Counted from the first letter of the stretch, positions 1-8,303 are shown. The stretch: 64,000 bases of DNA from an uncultured Gammaproteobacteria bacterium (GCA_963848305.1 CAWKDC010000003.1:1-64000); one strand, 5' to 3'. Notes: generated by a model from the letters alone, not told the origin. A program made the numbers and translations.

Positions 1-1
1 T

Positions 2-1145
2 CTAGGTGCTTTCTCCCATGTATTACGTGACTCTTGGGGTATTACTGGAGACCGACTTTTACTTGTTGTAGATCTCAAGTCACATAAAGTGCGCGAGATC
101 GGAGGAAACACCTTAACAGATGCTGGAATCAGCTCCGATTTTCTCAATCGAGAAGCTATTGGACACTATTTTGTTCCATACATGAAGAGAGGAGACCTCG
201 CAGGCGCGATTAGAAGCTCTCTAGACTGCATAAATACAAAATATGTGCGACTGTTCCCCACACCGGTCCAAGTTCCTATCATAGTAAGTCAGCCAGCAGC
301 CGCTCCTGCGGTTGTGGACTTTAACCCTATGCTAGGTGGAGGAATCTTTGTAGCTTTAGTAATTGGTTTGGGGTCTGCTATTTTAATGAAAATGAGAAAT
401 ACGGACTTGCATAACCAAATCAGCAAACTGAATGATCAGTTGGACTCCAAATATCTAAAAGTGTTAGAGCTGTTCGATTTATGGATCCAGCTACGCAGGA
501 TAGGATCAATAATTTCTCAAGTAACTGGAAACAGCTTGATGTAGATTTCTCTAAAATCGCAGGAGGCAATCTCTTCAAAAGAGCTATAATGCTCAAATCT
601 ATTTTAGATAATCAGAAATTTTGAATAAGACCGCTGATGAGTTTTTGAATGAATATGAGACCCGAAAAGTTCCAAAAACTAAACCAATAAAAGTAGAGCC
701 CCAAACTATCCAAGTTCCGATATCCCGCGAGCATATTACAACTCCTAAGATGACCAGAATCTCAGCTCCCCATGGTGGCAGCAATGTTAAACATGTAACT
801 CATGTTGAAGCTAGAGTAATTGGAAGTCCCTCACAGCCTCCGGTAATTATCAATAATTATCAAGCGCCGGACCCTCAGTTTACCGGTAGTTTATTTGACG
901 CTTTCCAGCCATCTAGAAATATCTATAGATCATCCCAAAGCACTTCAAATTCAGAGTCCAGTTCAAACAGCGATTCAGGCAGCTCGTCTAGTAGTGATTC
1001 AGGTAGCTCATCTAGTAATTCGAGCAGTCCATCTAGTAGTGATTCAGGTAGCTCGTCATGGGATAGTTCATATTCTAGTAGTGATTCAGGTAGCTCGTCA
1101 TGGGATAGTGGATCTAGCAGTAGTGATGCAGGCGGATCTTGGTAA
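2..1145 (+). CDS. TPM-domain (DUF477-like) membrane protein with Ser/Gly-rich tail; 5' partial, two apparent frameshifts (~480, ~620)
   Basis: Frame open from base 2 (WGITGDRLLLVVDLKSHKVREIGG...FVPYMKRGDLAGAI), then a TM helix and the typical ...SSSSDAGGSW end. Adding one T at each of two T-runs rejoins the ORFs. Confidence 0.65.
970..1130 (+). repeat. Coding tandem repeat (SSSDSGSSSWD), ~42-bp period
   Basis: TCTAGTAGTGATTCAGGTAGCTC occurs at ~987, ~1032 and ~1074. Confidence 0.85.
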
Positions 1146-1388
1146 ATGGCAAAATTCATAAGTGATCTGGAGATCCTGCGGGTCTATAAGCATGGCGAAC
1201 TGATTGAAGGTTATGGTGACACCATGACTCTGAATCTCGAAGTTGTTGAGTGTATTGTCAACAATTCTAGACCTGAAGAGCCTGGCGAGTTATCTTCAAT
1301 CATTTATTCAAAAACGGGCACTCAATGGGTGGTAAAAGGATCGGTCAAAATGGTCCACAACAGAATTGTTTCTGCTAAACAGTTATGA
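1146..1388 (+). CDS. hypothetical phage protein
   Basis: ORF abuts the upstream stop and has an ATGA overlap with the next ORF. Confidence 0.6.
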   Translation: MAKFISDLEILRVYKHGELIEGYGDTMTLNLEVVECIVNNSRPEEPGELSSIIYSKTGTQWVVKGSVKMVHNRIVSAKQL

Positions 1389-1558
1389 AGTTCCTCCGTG
1401 ATTTAAAACCCAACCTTCTTCACAGATATCCGACCAAATATCCAGATGGTCAGACTCCATGGGAGGCTCATTACAAATTGGTCGGGTCTACCTGCCTGAA
1501 GCTTAAGAAGCTTCACTCCTTCCAAGTTTGGGCTCTTTCCCTTCTTAATTTTTGTTGA
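1385..1558 (+). CDS. small hypothetical protein (57 aa, not in ORF track)
   Basis: ATGA overlap; MKFLRDLKPNLLHRYPTKYPDGQTPW... Confidence 0.5.
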   Translation: MKFLRDLKPNLLHRYPTKYPDGQTPWEAHYKLVGSTCLKLKKLHSFQVWALSLLNFC

Positions 1559-1567
1559 GGTAATTAC

Positions 1568-1756
1568 ATGCAATGGCATGAGAAATTGAGTTTTATCATA
1601 CTTACCTATTTTTGCGCATCTTGGTTATGCATCTATTGGGATAATATACAATTCGCATTAGAAGTAGAAACATATTCAGCTGCCGGGCACGCGATTGGTG
1701 AGTACCAAGTAAATTACCTGGAAAGGTGCGAAAAAAATGGAAAGATTAGAAGATAA
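1568..1756 (+). CDS. small membrane protein
   Basis: GAGGT RBS, hydrophobic N-terminus. Confidence 0.55.
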   Translation: MQWHEKLSFIILTYFCASWLCIYWDNIQFALEVETYSAAGHAIGEYQVNYLERCEKNGKIRR

Positions 1757-1842
1757 ACTGTTCAACCATGCTCGCTTCTTAACTAGATTTTTCCTTTATG
1801 GCGCAGATCACAATTCCACATGCTTGGATTTAAGGGAGCTTG

Positions 1843-2004
1843 ATGTTTTTCTACATCTTTTTCTCAACACTAATAATAGCTTTCAACATTTATTCATCTC
1901 AAGGTGTCACTCCAGAAAATTACTGGTCCTTCTTTTTTTGGTGCATCATCTCTGGCTTTGCATTTGGTGGCTTTGGTATCTACCTGGATAAACACTCGCG
2001 CTAG
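1843..2004 (+). CDS. small two-TM protein (53 aa, not in ORF track)
   Basis: AAGGGAG RBS; MFFYIFFSTLIIAFNIYS...WSFFFWCIISGFAFGGFGIYLDKHSR. Confidence 0.5.
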   Translation: MFFYIFFSTLIIAFNIYSSQGVTPENYWSFFFWCIISGFAFGGFGIYLDKHSR

Positions 2005-2151
2005 TCGACCAATTATATCTACGATATACACATCATCAAAAATTGTGTACTTTCTTTGAAAGATCGATATAAAAATTTCACCAATGCCTAGAAGATTAGG
2101 CTTCTAGTCATTTGAACACAAACAAACAACCCAACAACTTAGGAGACAGGA

Positions 2152-2691
2152 ATGAGACTAAAAGATAAGAATATTTTGTTAATCGTGGCACCAGAAGGTT
2201 TTCATGACGACGAAGTTTTTAAACCATCAGAAGCCTTCGCAAAAGAAGGTGCAAATGTTACAGTAGCAGCTAGTCGAACTGGCACTTTGACAGGTATGTT
2301 CCAGGGCAACATAGAAGTAGATACACTTTTCACAGAAATCAATCCTGATGACTTCGATTCAATCGTTTTGATTGGTGGCCAAGGTGCTCGTAAGCTTTAT
2401 TGGTTGAATAAAGACTTACATGCATTAGTTCAAGCTTTCAATGAAAAGAAAAAGCTAGTAGCAAGTATCTGTGTTGCGGGAGTTATTCTAGCCAACGCTG
2501 GTGTATTGAAAGGCAAGAACGCTACGGTATACCACACCTCCGAAGATCTCGACCTCTTGCAAAAAGGCGGAGCCAATTACGTCAACGAATTGGTTGTTAT
2601 CGATGGCAACATCATTACTGGAAATGGACCAGCTGCGGTAGCTAAATTTGTTGAAGCAATCACAGAAGCTCTGAGCGCCGTTCCTGTTTAA
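2152..2691 (+). CDS. DJ-1/PfpI family protein (type 1 glutamine amidotransferase-like)
   Basis: GFHDDEV, DFDSIVLIGG, ASICVAG nucleophile elbow, VIDGNIITGNGP; AGGAG RBS. Confidence 0.93.
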   Translation: MRLKDKNILLIVAPEGFHDDEVFKPSEAFAKEGANVTVAASRTGTLTGMFQGNIEVDTLFTEINPDDFDSIVLIGGQGARKLYWLNKDLHALVQAFNEKKKLVASICVAGVILANAGVLKGKNATVYHTSEDLDLLQKGGANYVNELVVIDGNIITGNGPAAVAKFVEAITEALSAVPV

Positions 2692-2716
2692 TCGACAGGA
2701 TGCATCAGTAAAAAGA

Positions 2717-2757
2717 CAGGGTTGGAGCCATGATCTCCTCCAGCCCTGTTTCTTTTT
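2717..2757 (+). terminator. Rho-independent terminator
   Basis: ACAGGGTTGGAG/CTCCAGCCCTGT stem followed by a T-rich tract. Confidence 0.75.
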
Positions 2758-2771
2758 GGGGGGATAAAAGA

Positions 2772-2945
2772 GTGTATTGTTTTAAATCACAACTGATGTC
2801 CCGAAAACATGGGAGTTTTTGGGGAGATTTAAATTTTAGATATTGGCTGGGTAGTTCAACCGGATGTTATTGGATGTTTAATGAAAACAATGCTACAGGT
2901 CAGCATCTGTATGCTTTTGTGGTGATGATCCCAAGTAAAATCTGA
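2772..2945 (+). CDS. small hypothetical protein
   Basis: GGGGGA RBS with GTG start; aromatic-rich. Confidence 0.4.
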   Translation: MYCFKSQLMSRKHGSFWGDLNFRYWLGSSTGCYWMFNENNATGQHLYAFVVMIPSKI

Positions 2946-3012
2946 GAATAGACGTGCTGCCCGTCTGCCTGATGATTCAGAGTCATCCATACTACTGTTA
3001 TACGAATTCTCA
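2942..3012 (-). tRNA. tRNA-Gln(CTG), atypical T-loop GGCAGCA
   Basis: TGAGAAT/ATTCTCA acceptor; GATGA-CT-CTG-AA-TCATC; AGACG/CGTCT T-stem; G73. Confidence 0.85.
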
Positions 3013-3018
3013 AGGAAA

Positions 3019-3089
3019 AAGAAGTAGGTTGAATTGAACAACCACCTCGGAGGTCAAAGCTCCGGGCACTACCATTATGCAATACTTCT
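3019..3089 (-). tRNA. tRNA-Gln(TTG)
   Basis: AGAAGTA/TACTTCT acceptor; CGGAG-CT-TTG-AC-CTCCG. Confidence 0.88.
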
Positions 3090-3090
3090 A

Positions 3091-3166
3091 TGGAGGGCTT
3101 TGGCAGATATGCGCTGCCGCATGTCGGGTTTGCAATCCGATGCTTTACTGTCTTAGCTAAAAGCCC
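3091..3166 (-). tRNA. tRNA-Cys(GCA), CCA encoded, T-loop CGCATAT
   Basis: GGGCTTT/AAAGCCC acceptor; TCGGA-TT-GCA-AA-CCCGA; U73. Confidence 0.88.
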
Positions 3167-3242
3167 ATTATTTGACTTGAATGATTATTGACTTGAATTA
3201 TTTAGAGGCTTTACCTGAATAAAGTGGACCTGGCTGGAAATT

Positions 3243-3557
3243 TTGAAATTCCGTCCTTTCGATTATCGAACCATCCATAAAGTTGATAGATTTTTCCCTT
3301 CATCCAAGACCTGTTCTGGCTGCGGTTACAAGTTAGAGAAGTTGGATTTAAAGGTACGAGACTGGACTTGCCCTGCTTGCGCAACACAACATGATCGTGA
3401 TATAAATGCAGCTATCAATATATTAGTTGAAGGACAGCGAAAGCTGTCCGCTACGGGGAGTTACCTCGGAAGTAACGCTTGTGGAGAAGAAAGCTCTGGT
3501 CTCAGTGATGCGACGAAACTAACTTCGAATGAAGCAAGAAAGCAGCTGGGAACCTAA
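3243..3557 (+). pseudogene. tnpB: TnpB C-terminal fragment (Zn-ribbon plus RuvC-III), IS200/IS605-type
   Basis: VDRFFPSSKTCSGCG...WTCPACATQHDRDINAAINIL; the N-terminal HTH and RuvC-I/II are missing. Confidence 0.9.
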
Positions 3558-3560
3558 ACT
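3440..3560 (+). ncRNA. Putative TnpB omega/reRNA scaffold
   Basis: TACGGGGAGTTACCTCGGAAGTAACGCTTGTGGAGA...TCGAATGAAGCAAGAA resembles the right-end RNA region of IS605/IS1341-type tnpB. Confidence 0.55.
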
Positions 3561-3650
3561 CCGTTGCAAAATAACGAAGAACGTTCGACCGATAATCGAA
3601 AGGACGGACAAAATTTCCAGCCAGGTCACTTTATTTAGGTAAAGCCTCTA

Positions 3651-3682
3651 AATCATGTGTTCTGCCTCTGAACTAAGCCAGG
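3651..3682 (-). pseudogene. 5' half of a tRNA broken at the anticodon loop by the inverted-repeat element
   Basis: CCTGGCT-TA-GTTC-AGAGGCA-GAAC-A-CATGA-TT, then the repeat; no 3' half on the other side. Confidence 0.6.
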
Positions 3683-3685
3683 AAG

Positions 3686-3771
3686 TGGTGCTGAGGGAGG
3701 GATTCGAACCCCCGTGCTTTTTACAGACATGGTCTACAGCCACGCGCAATCAACCGCTCTGCCACCTCAGC
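3686..3771 (-). tRNA. tRNA-Tyr(GTA)
   Basis: GCTGAGG/CCTCAGC acceptor; CGTGG-CT-GTA-GA-CCATG; long V-arm; CCA. Confidence 0.92.
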
Positions 3772-3779
3772 ATTGATAA

Positions 3780-3869
3780 ACCTCGTTCCCAGGATCGAAC
3801 TGGGGTCTTGCTGTAATCTACAGCTTGCAAGGTATAAGCTTGCTGCACTAACCACTGTGCTAAACGAGG
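3780..3869 (-). tRNA. tRNA with TAT (Ile) anticodon and long variable arm
   Basis: CCTCGTT/AACGAGG acceptor; GCAAG-CT-TAT-AC-CTTGC; V-arm GCTGTA-GAT-TACAGC; CCCAG-TTCGATC-CTGGG. Confidence 0.88.
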
Positions 3870-3941
3870 TGCTCTCAGCCTGACTCGAACAGGCGTCTTC
3901 TGGATTTCAATCAGAAATGGTTCCGACTCCACTATGAGAAC
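3870..3941 (-). tRNA. tRNA-Phe(GAA)
   Basis: GTTCTCA/TGAGAGC acceptor; TCTGA-TT-GAA-AT-CCAGA; canonical T-arm. Confidence 0.82.
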
Positions 3942-3946
3942 AAATA

Positions 3947-4018
3947 TCTGGATGGTTGGTGCTGACCCAACTACTCTCGACTTCCAAAGGCGAGCGTCTA
4001 CCGTTGACTTACATCCAG
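3947..4018 (-). tRNA. tRNA-Pro(TGG), T-loop GTCAGCA
   Basis: CTGGATG/CATCCAG acceptor; TCGCC-TT-TGG-AA-GTCGA. Confidence 0.8.
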
Positions 4019-4039
4019 TCATATTTAATTGCATAAAGG

Positions 4040-4114
4040 TGGTCTTCGGTCTAAGATTTGAACTTAGGACCTTATCTTTGTAGGAGATCTGCTCTACCAC
4101 TGAGCTAACCGAAG
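4040..4114 (-). tRNA. tRNA-Val(TAC), C33
   Basis: CTTCGGT/ACCGAAG acceptor; GATCT-CC-TAC-AA-AGATA; CCA. Confidence 0.85.
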
Positions 4115-4278
4115 AAGATCTTACGCTACAATTTTGACTTGATTTGTGACTACTGACTGACATGAACTTTCTATTCCTACAATATTTTCCTGACGCACAA
4201 CAATAAAGCAGCTAATCGGCTGGCTTATTGGGCAAAAATATTGTGGATAGCTCTTGTTCATTTCAGACTCATTAAACT

Positions 4279-4302
4279 AAAAAACCGGAGGAACCCCTCC
4301 GG
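4279..4302 (-). terminator. Rho-independent terminator
   Basis: CCGGAG-GGGTTC-CTCCGG-TTTTTT on the minus strand. Confidence 0.7.
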
Positions 4303-4340
4303 GATACATCAAATACAATAACACAGGGTATTTATTCGTG

Positions 4341-4889
4341 TCAAGCCTTTCTTTTCAAATTCTGGATTTTGGCTTTCGTCTCTTTAGAGATTTTTTTCAA
4401 ATAACGCAGACTGATCTGATAGTTCGCATTCATAGCTTGCAGATAAACTTTCTTTTGTTCTGGCATAGCTTCGATCTTTTCAGTAAGATTTTGCAGGCGG
4501 GATTCAAGACATATCAACTGAGCTTGCTCAATAGCCTTCCGATTCTTTTCAAGCCAATCGGTTACGACTTTTTTGATATATGAGACTTCATCTGTAGTTA
4601 ACCATAAGACTTCATGGTGTGTATTTTTCACTCTCAAATTATGTCCATTTATTAAAGGATAAAATTGATCTTTATCCAAAGAATACATCCACTCTACTGG
4701 ATAATATTTCTTTTTTTCTATCTTAAGACCCTTTTCAAAATACAAGCTCAACTCAAAGATTTCACCAAACTTGTAAAAGTAAAGTTTGAAAGTCAGCAGA
4801 CCCCAATTAGTCTTAACAGTGTTGTTTTCGATGGCAACTTCTGAATACATTCCACTTCCAAAATAGCTTAGGCATGCCCTGTTAACCAT
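4341..4889 (-). CDS. hypothetical phage protein
   Basis: 182-aa ORF in a co-oriented cluster. Confidence 0.65.
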   Translation of the reverse strand: MVNRACLSYFGSGMYSEVAIENNTVKTNWGLLTFKLYFYKFGEIFELSLYFEKGLKIEKKKYYPVEWMYSLDKDQFYPLINGHNLRVKNTHHEVLWLTTDEVSYIKKVVTDWLEKNRKAIEQAQLICLESRLQNLTEKIEAMPEQKKVYLQAMNANYQISLRYLKKISKETKAKIQNLKRKA

Positions 4890-5254
4890 GCGAGTAATTG
4901 TTTCTCCAATAAGGTTAAATCGTCTGATCCTGCCCTTTCTAGATCCTTTCTAAAACTTGTTAAGTGATCCGCCACATCGCCTAATAAGACCAGTGATTCT
5001 ACCTCACAAATAGTACCGTTTTGAGTAAGATTGGAGTTATTAGTCACATGTTCCCTAATTTTACCAATTATGCTTGCCATCGTTTTATAACCCCTTTTAC
5101 CTAGATTGGCAGTCTGTGATCTGTTGGCATTTCCAACATTTCTGGTGGCGGATGGTCTTGATTTCGTCAAAACTGGAGAGGGTTTTGGCGGATTGCCTTC
5201 ATTAATACGCGTTTTACCTGGTTGGTTCATCCGCTGGACCTCACTTTGATTCAA
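4868..5254 (-). CDS. hypothetical phage protein (start probably 5230)
   Basis: ORF; GAGGT RBS before the internal ATG. Confidence 0.55.
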   Translation of the reverse strand: MNQSEVQRMNQPGKTRINEGNPPKPSPVLTKSRPSATRNVGNANRSQTANLGKRGYKTMASIIGKIREHVTNNSNLTQNGTICEVESLVLLGDVADHLTSFRKDLERAGSDDLTLLEKQLLAWLTGHA

Positions 5255-5444
5255 TTATAAGGTGCCTTATGTTATTTGTCAAGAGCTTACGAATCCGAAT
5301 ATCCGAAGGAGGCTCTACTTCAACATACTCATTTGTTCCAAAGCTCTTCAAAGCTGAAGTGATTCTGTTGTACTCCTTCTCGTAATCAGCTTGATTTACG
5401 AGTTCTAATTGTGCCTTGAGTTCTTCAGGCGATGGATAGATCAT
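5241..5444 (-). CDS. hypothetical phage protein
   Basis: ATGA overlap with the higA-like gene. Confidence 0.6.
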   Translation of the reverse strand: MIYPSPEELKAQLELVNQADYEKEYNRITSALKSFGTNEYVEVEPPSDIRIRKLLTNNIRHLIIESK

Positions 5445-5791
5445 ATTCTCTCTACCATTCCCTGTTCATAGACTTGATCAGACTGAAGAGAGACTGACTT
5501 GACTTCGTCTAATAGCTTCATAAAAGCTTTGTTTTGCTTTATAGATGCGAGATCATAGTTTTTTTGAAGATTCAACCAGAACTCTGCGCTCGTATTGAAA
5601 GTTTTGCCTAAACGAAAGGCGTCTTCAGGACGAATCCTTTTTTCTCCAGAGATGATTCTGCTTATCCTCAACATCGCGACGCCTGACATTTCAGACAGCT
5701 GGATTTTAGTGAGGTTGTAAGGAACCATGAATTCCTCTTTGAGGATCTCACCTGGTGTGATCGGATCTAGATAATCGGTTTCAGGTTCCAT
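5441..5791 (-). CDS. higA: HigA-family antitoxin (XRE HTH), no cognate toxin adjacent
   Basis: PITPGEILKEEFM...RISRIISGEKRI...RLGKTFNTSAEFWLNLQKNYDL. Confidence 0.9.
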   Translation of the reverse strand: MEPETDYLDPITPGEILKEEFMVPYNLTKIQLSEMSGVAMLRISRIISGEKRIRPEDAFRLGKTFNTSAEFWLNLQKNYDLASIKQNKAFMKLLDEVKSVSLQSDQVYEQGMVERI

Positions 5792-6008
5792 GTTTCCTCC
5801 TTAGGTTGATGATTCGATTAGGCTCTCCAGATTTGTTCTGATCAACACAGACTTTGATGTCACAGTAATAAGCTACTGCTTGTATTTCTTCAGACATTTT
5901 GTAGACAGCACGATGCATGAGTTCTACCTGTTTTCTTTGGCCACACTCAACACAACGTGCTGTCTGTCTGTTATTTGGTTCTGGATTGCCGTTTTCGTCA
6001 ACTAACAT
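5781..6008 (-). CDS. small Cys-containing hypothetical protein
   Basis: CVEC...CDIKVC motifs. Confidence 0.5.
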   Translation of the reverse strand: MLVDENGNPEPNNRQTARCVECGQRKQVELMHRAVYKMSEEIQAVAYYCDIKVCVDQNKSGEPNRIINLRRKHGT

Positions 6009-6036
6009 CGTCCGATTATACCAACAAATTGATTAA

Positions 6037-6709
6037 TTACTCTAGCAACTCTAAGTAGCCCTTGAAGATATCTTTAATCTTCCGAGACTGCTTACCAGTA
6101 TCGTGTTTAGTGATGACACCTTCGTAAAGATTCCAAGTAAAAGATCGATCACCTCGATTCATGCCTTTCATTTGACTGCTCTTTGAATTATAAAGTTCAT
6201 TGTTATGATCTTCTTTTGCCCGCTGAAGTAACTTAGCGGTTAGAATTCTCAGTGCTATCTTTCGATTTTGGATTTGATCTCTTTCTTGGTCACATTTGAC
6301 AGAGATGCCGGTAGGTTTATGGACGATACGACAGGCGGAATTCACAGAATTCGAGTTTTGTCCTCCGGCCTTACAATTGCTGCCCATGAAGCTGATGTCG
6401 AGGTCTTTCTCATTGATCTCACATTTCACTTCTTTAATTTCTAATAGTGAGATGGATACAATTGAAGTATGGCGACGGTTACGTTTTTCAGTTGGAGGTA
6501 TCCGAGTTATCGTATGCTTGCCAGTATGATTTTTCAGCAAACCGAGAGACTGAACAGATAAAGCAATTGAACTTTTACTTGAATAGGATATTTTGAATGG
6601 AATTTTTGTCAGGCTAAAGATATCTGCAATAAACATCAGACAGAGTCGATACCAACAACTGGCTATCTTCCCCGCCCTCACCTGCATGTATCTCGAACAA
6701 GTATTCCAT
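6037..6709 (-). CDS. RF1-like peptide chain release factor (PxT and GGQ) requiring a +1 frameshift at CTT-TAG-C (~6613-6619)
   Basis: GAGGG RBS, ATG 6709 MEYLFEIHAGEGGEDSQLL...RYL*; the +1 frame continues to RIPPTEKRNRRHTS and AGGQNSNSVNSACRIVHKPTGI. Confidence 0.88.
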
Positions 6710-6737
6710 GATCTTTATCCCTCGTTTTTGTAATTTT

Positions 6738-6820
6738 CGGAGTAATGAGAATTCGAATCTCAGACCCTTTCAGGCAGAACGTTTAGCAAACGCCATCCTC
6801 AACCAAACCGGATTTACTCC
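6738..6820 (-). tRNA. tRNA-Ser(GCT)
   Basis: GGAGTAA/TTACTCC acceptor; GGCGT-TT-GCT-AA-ACGTT; V-arm; G73; irregular acceptor-D linker. Confidence 0.78.
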
Positions 6821-6970
6821 CCAACATAATAAGCTCTGTGAAAGCCTGAGAACGCTGCATAAAGTCTATAATCCCAACTTATTGAGATATCTTTTCCAGA
6901 CCGATAGCTAGAGTTTAACATATGTCTTGTTATAAGATTAGTTTTTATAGATCTCATTTAAGTTTTGAAG

Positions 6971-7150
6971 CTACCACAATTCTTTCCTCGCTTCCCTTCT
7001 CTTCTCTGTCAAAGAGTTTTGAGCCATAGCATAAAGTAAGGATAACAAGAAGGCTACTACGAGCACCACAGCTATGCCAAGAGTGCCTAACATGGTCCAA
7101 CCGAATGCCTTAATTACGAAGGCGATTGCAGATTGTAATTCGATACTCAT
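6971..7150 (-). CDS. small membrane protein (59 aa, not in ORF track)
   Basis: AAGGA RBS; long hydrophobic run followed by a basic tail. Confidence 0.55.
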   Translation of the reverse strand: MSIELQSAIAFVIKAFGWTMLGTLGIAVVLVVAFLLSLLYAMAQNSLTEKRREARKELW

Positions 7151-7158
7151 TTTTTCCT

Positions 7159-7512
7159 TTATGAAAACATGTGTGTAACCCGAAACTTCTTCTCTTTGAT
7201 CAATTTCAATAGTTCTAAGGTGCGAGCACGATCAGTTTTAAATCTCACTCTGAAAAACTCCCAATCACTTCTGTGACGGACGATGCAAGCGATGGTCTTG
7301 CCATTCTCTTGGAGTTCCAAGTTACCTATATCTGACATCTCCAGATGGAAGAGGCATAATGCAAACGATTTTAAAGCCTCTTCCAAGGTGTCGAACTCGC
7401 ACTTTTTACGCTTCTTACCCTTGTAGTAATAACGAAGCTCATTTGTGTCAACATCAACAATACGAAATCGCTTCGCAGGCTTATTCCTTTTCTCGCTAGC
7501 CCAGATAGCCAT
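7159..7512 (-). CDS. hypothetical phage protein
   Basis: ORF in a tightly packed cluster. Confidence 0.6.
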   Translation of the reverse strand: MAIWASEKRNKPAKRFRIVDVDTNELRYYYKGKKRKKCEFDTLEEALKSFALCLFHLEMSDIGNLELQENGKTIACIVRHRSDWEFFRVRFKTDRARTLELLKLIKEKKFRVTHMFS

Positions 7513-7513
7513 C

Positions 7514-7978
7514 TCACATTATACTCAGACAGATCCAAAAAGCGAAATATTCATCTTTCCAAATACCTAGTGGTTCGAGTGTGGCTTTCAACTTAGACCT
7601 AACCTCTTCAACATAAGTAGAGTCAGCGCTTAATCCTGCTGTTTCAGCCTCCTCGACTCTTATAAAATCACCAAGGAATGCCCATTTGGGGTCCATGTAA
7701 TTGGTATTGTCAAAGCTGATGTCGTAGTCACCAATCATTCGTTGAGAATTTTCATCTTCAATCACATAAGATTGAAGATATCTGTCTGTTCCTTGTTTGA
7801 TGGCAACTTTTATTCCGCATTTTGAGCAGAAGGTCTCAGTTGTGAATTCTGGTCCACATCCACAACTTGCATAATCATAAACCTCTTCTACCTCTATCAA
7901 GTTCCAGGGTAATCGAACGCCTAACCAGGCATTATAACTACGGCTTACTCCCACTTTTCCCCCAATCTGTCGGCCCAA
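7514..7978 (-). CDS. hypothetical phage protein with Zn-ribbon-like Cys motifs
   Basis: SCGC...FCSKCG. Confidence 0.65.
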   Translation of the reverse strand: MGRQIGGKVGVSRSYNAWLGVRLPWNLIEVEEVYDYASCGCGPEFTTETFCSKCGIKVAIKQGTDRYLQSYVIEDENSQRMIGDYDISFDNTNYMDPKWAFLGDFIRVEEAETAGLSADSTYVEEVRSKLKATLEPLGIWKDEYFAFWICLSIM

Positions 7979-8301
7979 TCATCATCTTCACAAGCAGCAA
8001 CTTCATTTAAGTAATCAAGCCATTTAGTTGCTAAGACATATTCCTTTTCATCAGGATGATCCTCCCAGTGCTTAAGACCAGCTACCGCTTCTGAAAGACA
8101 CTCTACCAAGTTATAACCTGTAAAGTAATAGCTATCAATATCACCCATTTCACAGGTAACTGTGCACACGTCATCTCTTATCAGGTAAATCGGATGTGGA
8201 AGATCTCTAGACCCACATTTGTGAGGAGCGCCGGTACAAAGAGCAAGATCAATGTTACCGTTCAACTTTAGATATTCAATTAAGAGATCTTCCACATTCA
8301 T
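7945..8301 (-). CDS. hypothetical phage protein
   Basis: ORF; ATG at 8301. Confidence 0.6.
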   Translation of the reverse strand: MNVEDLLIEYLKLNGNIDLALCTGAPHKCGSRDLPHPIYLIRDDVCTVTCEMGDIDSYYFTGYNLVECLSEAVAGLKHWEDHPDEKEYVLATKWLDYLNEVAACEDDDWADRLGEKWE

Positions 8302-8303
8302 TC

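Larger units (their letters stand above)
3200..3653. mobile_element. Non-autonomous element bounded by ~65-bp imperfect terminal inverted repeats, carrying a TnpB 3' fragment
   Basis: 3200-3268 is the near reverse complement of 3590-3653 (ATTTAGAGGCTTTACCT...CTGGCTGGAAATTTTG...TCCGTCCTTTCGATTATCG). Confidence 0.8.

Noticed and set aside
3167-3682. Self-splicing intron in a tRNA anticodon loop
   Set aside because: No tRNA 3' half follows the insert, and no group I or II core is recognisable.
3750-4163. 137-aa ORF, and ORFs 2856-3082
   Set aside because: They overlap well-formed tRNA genes.
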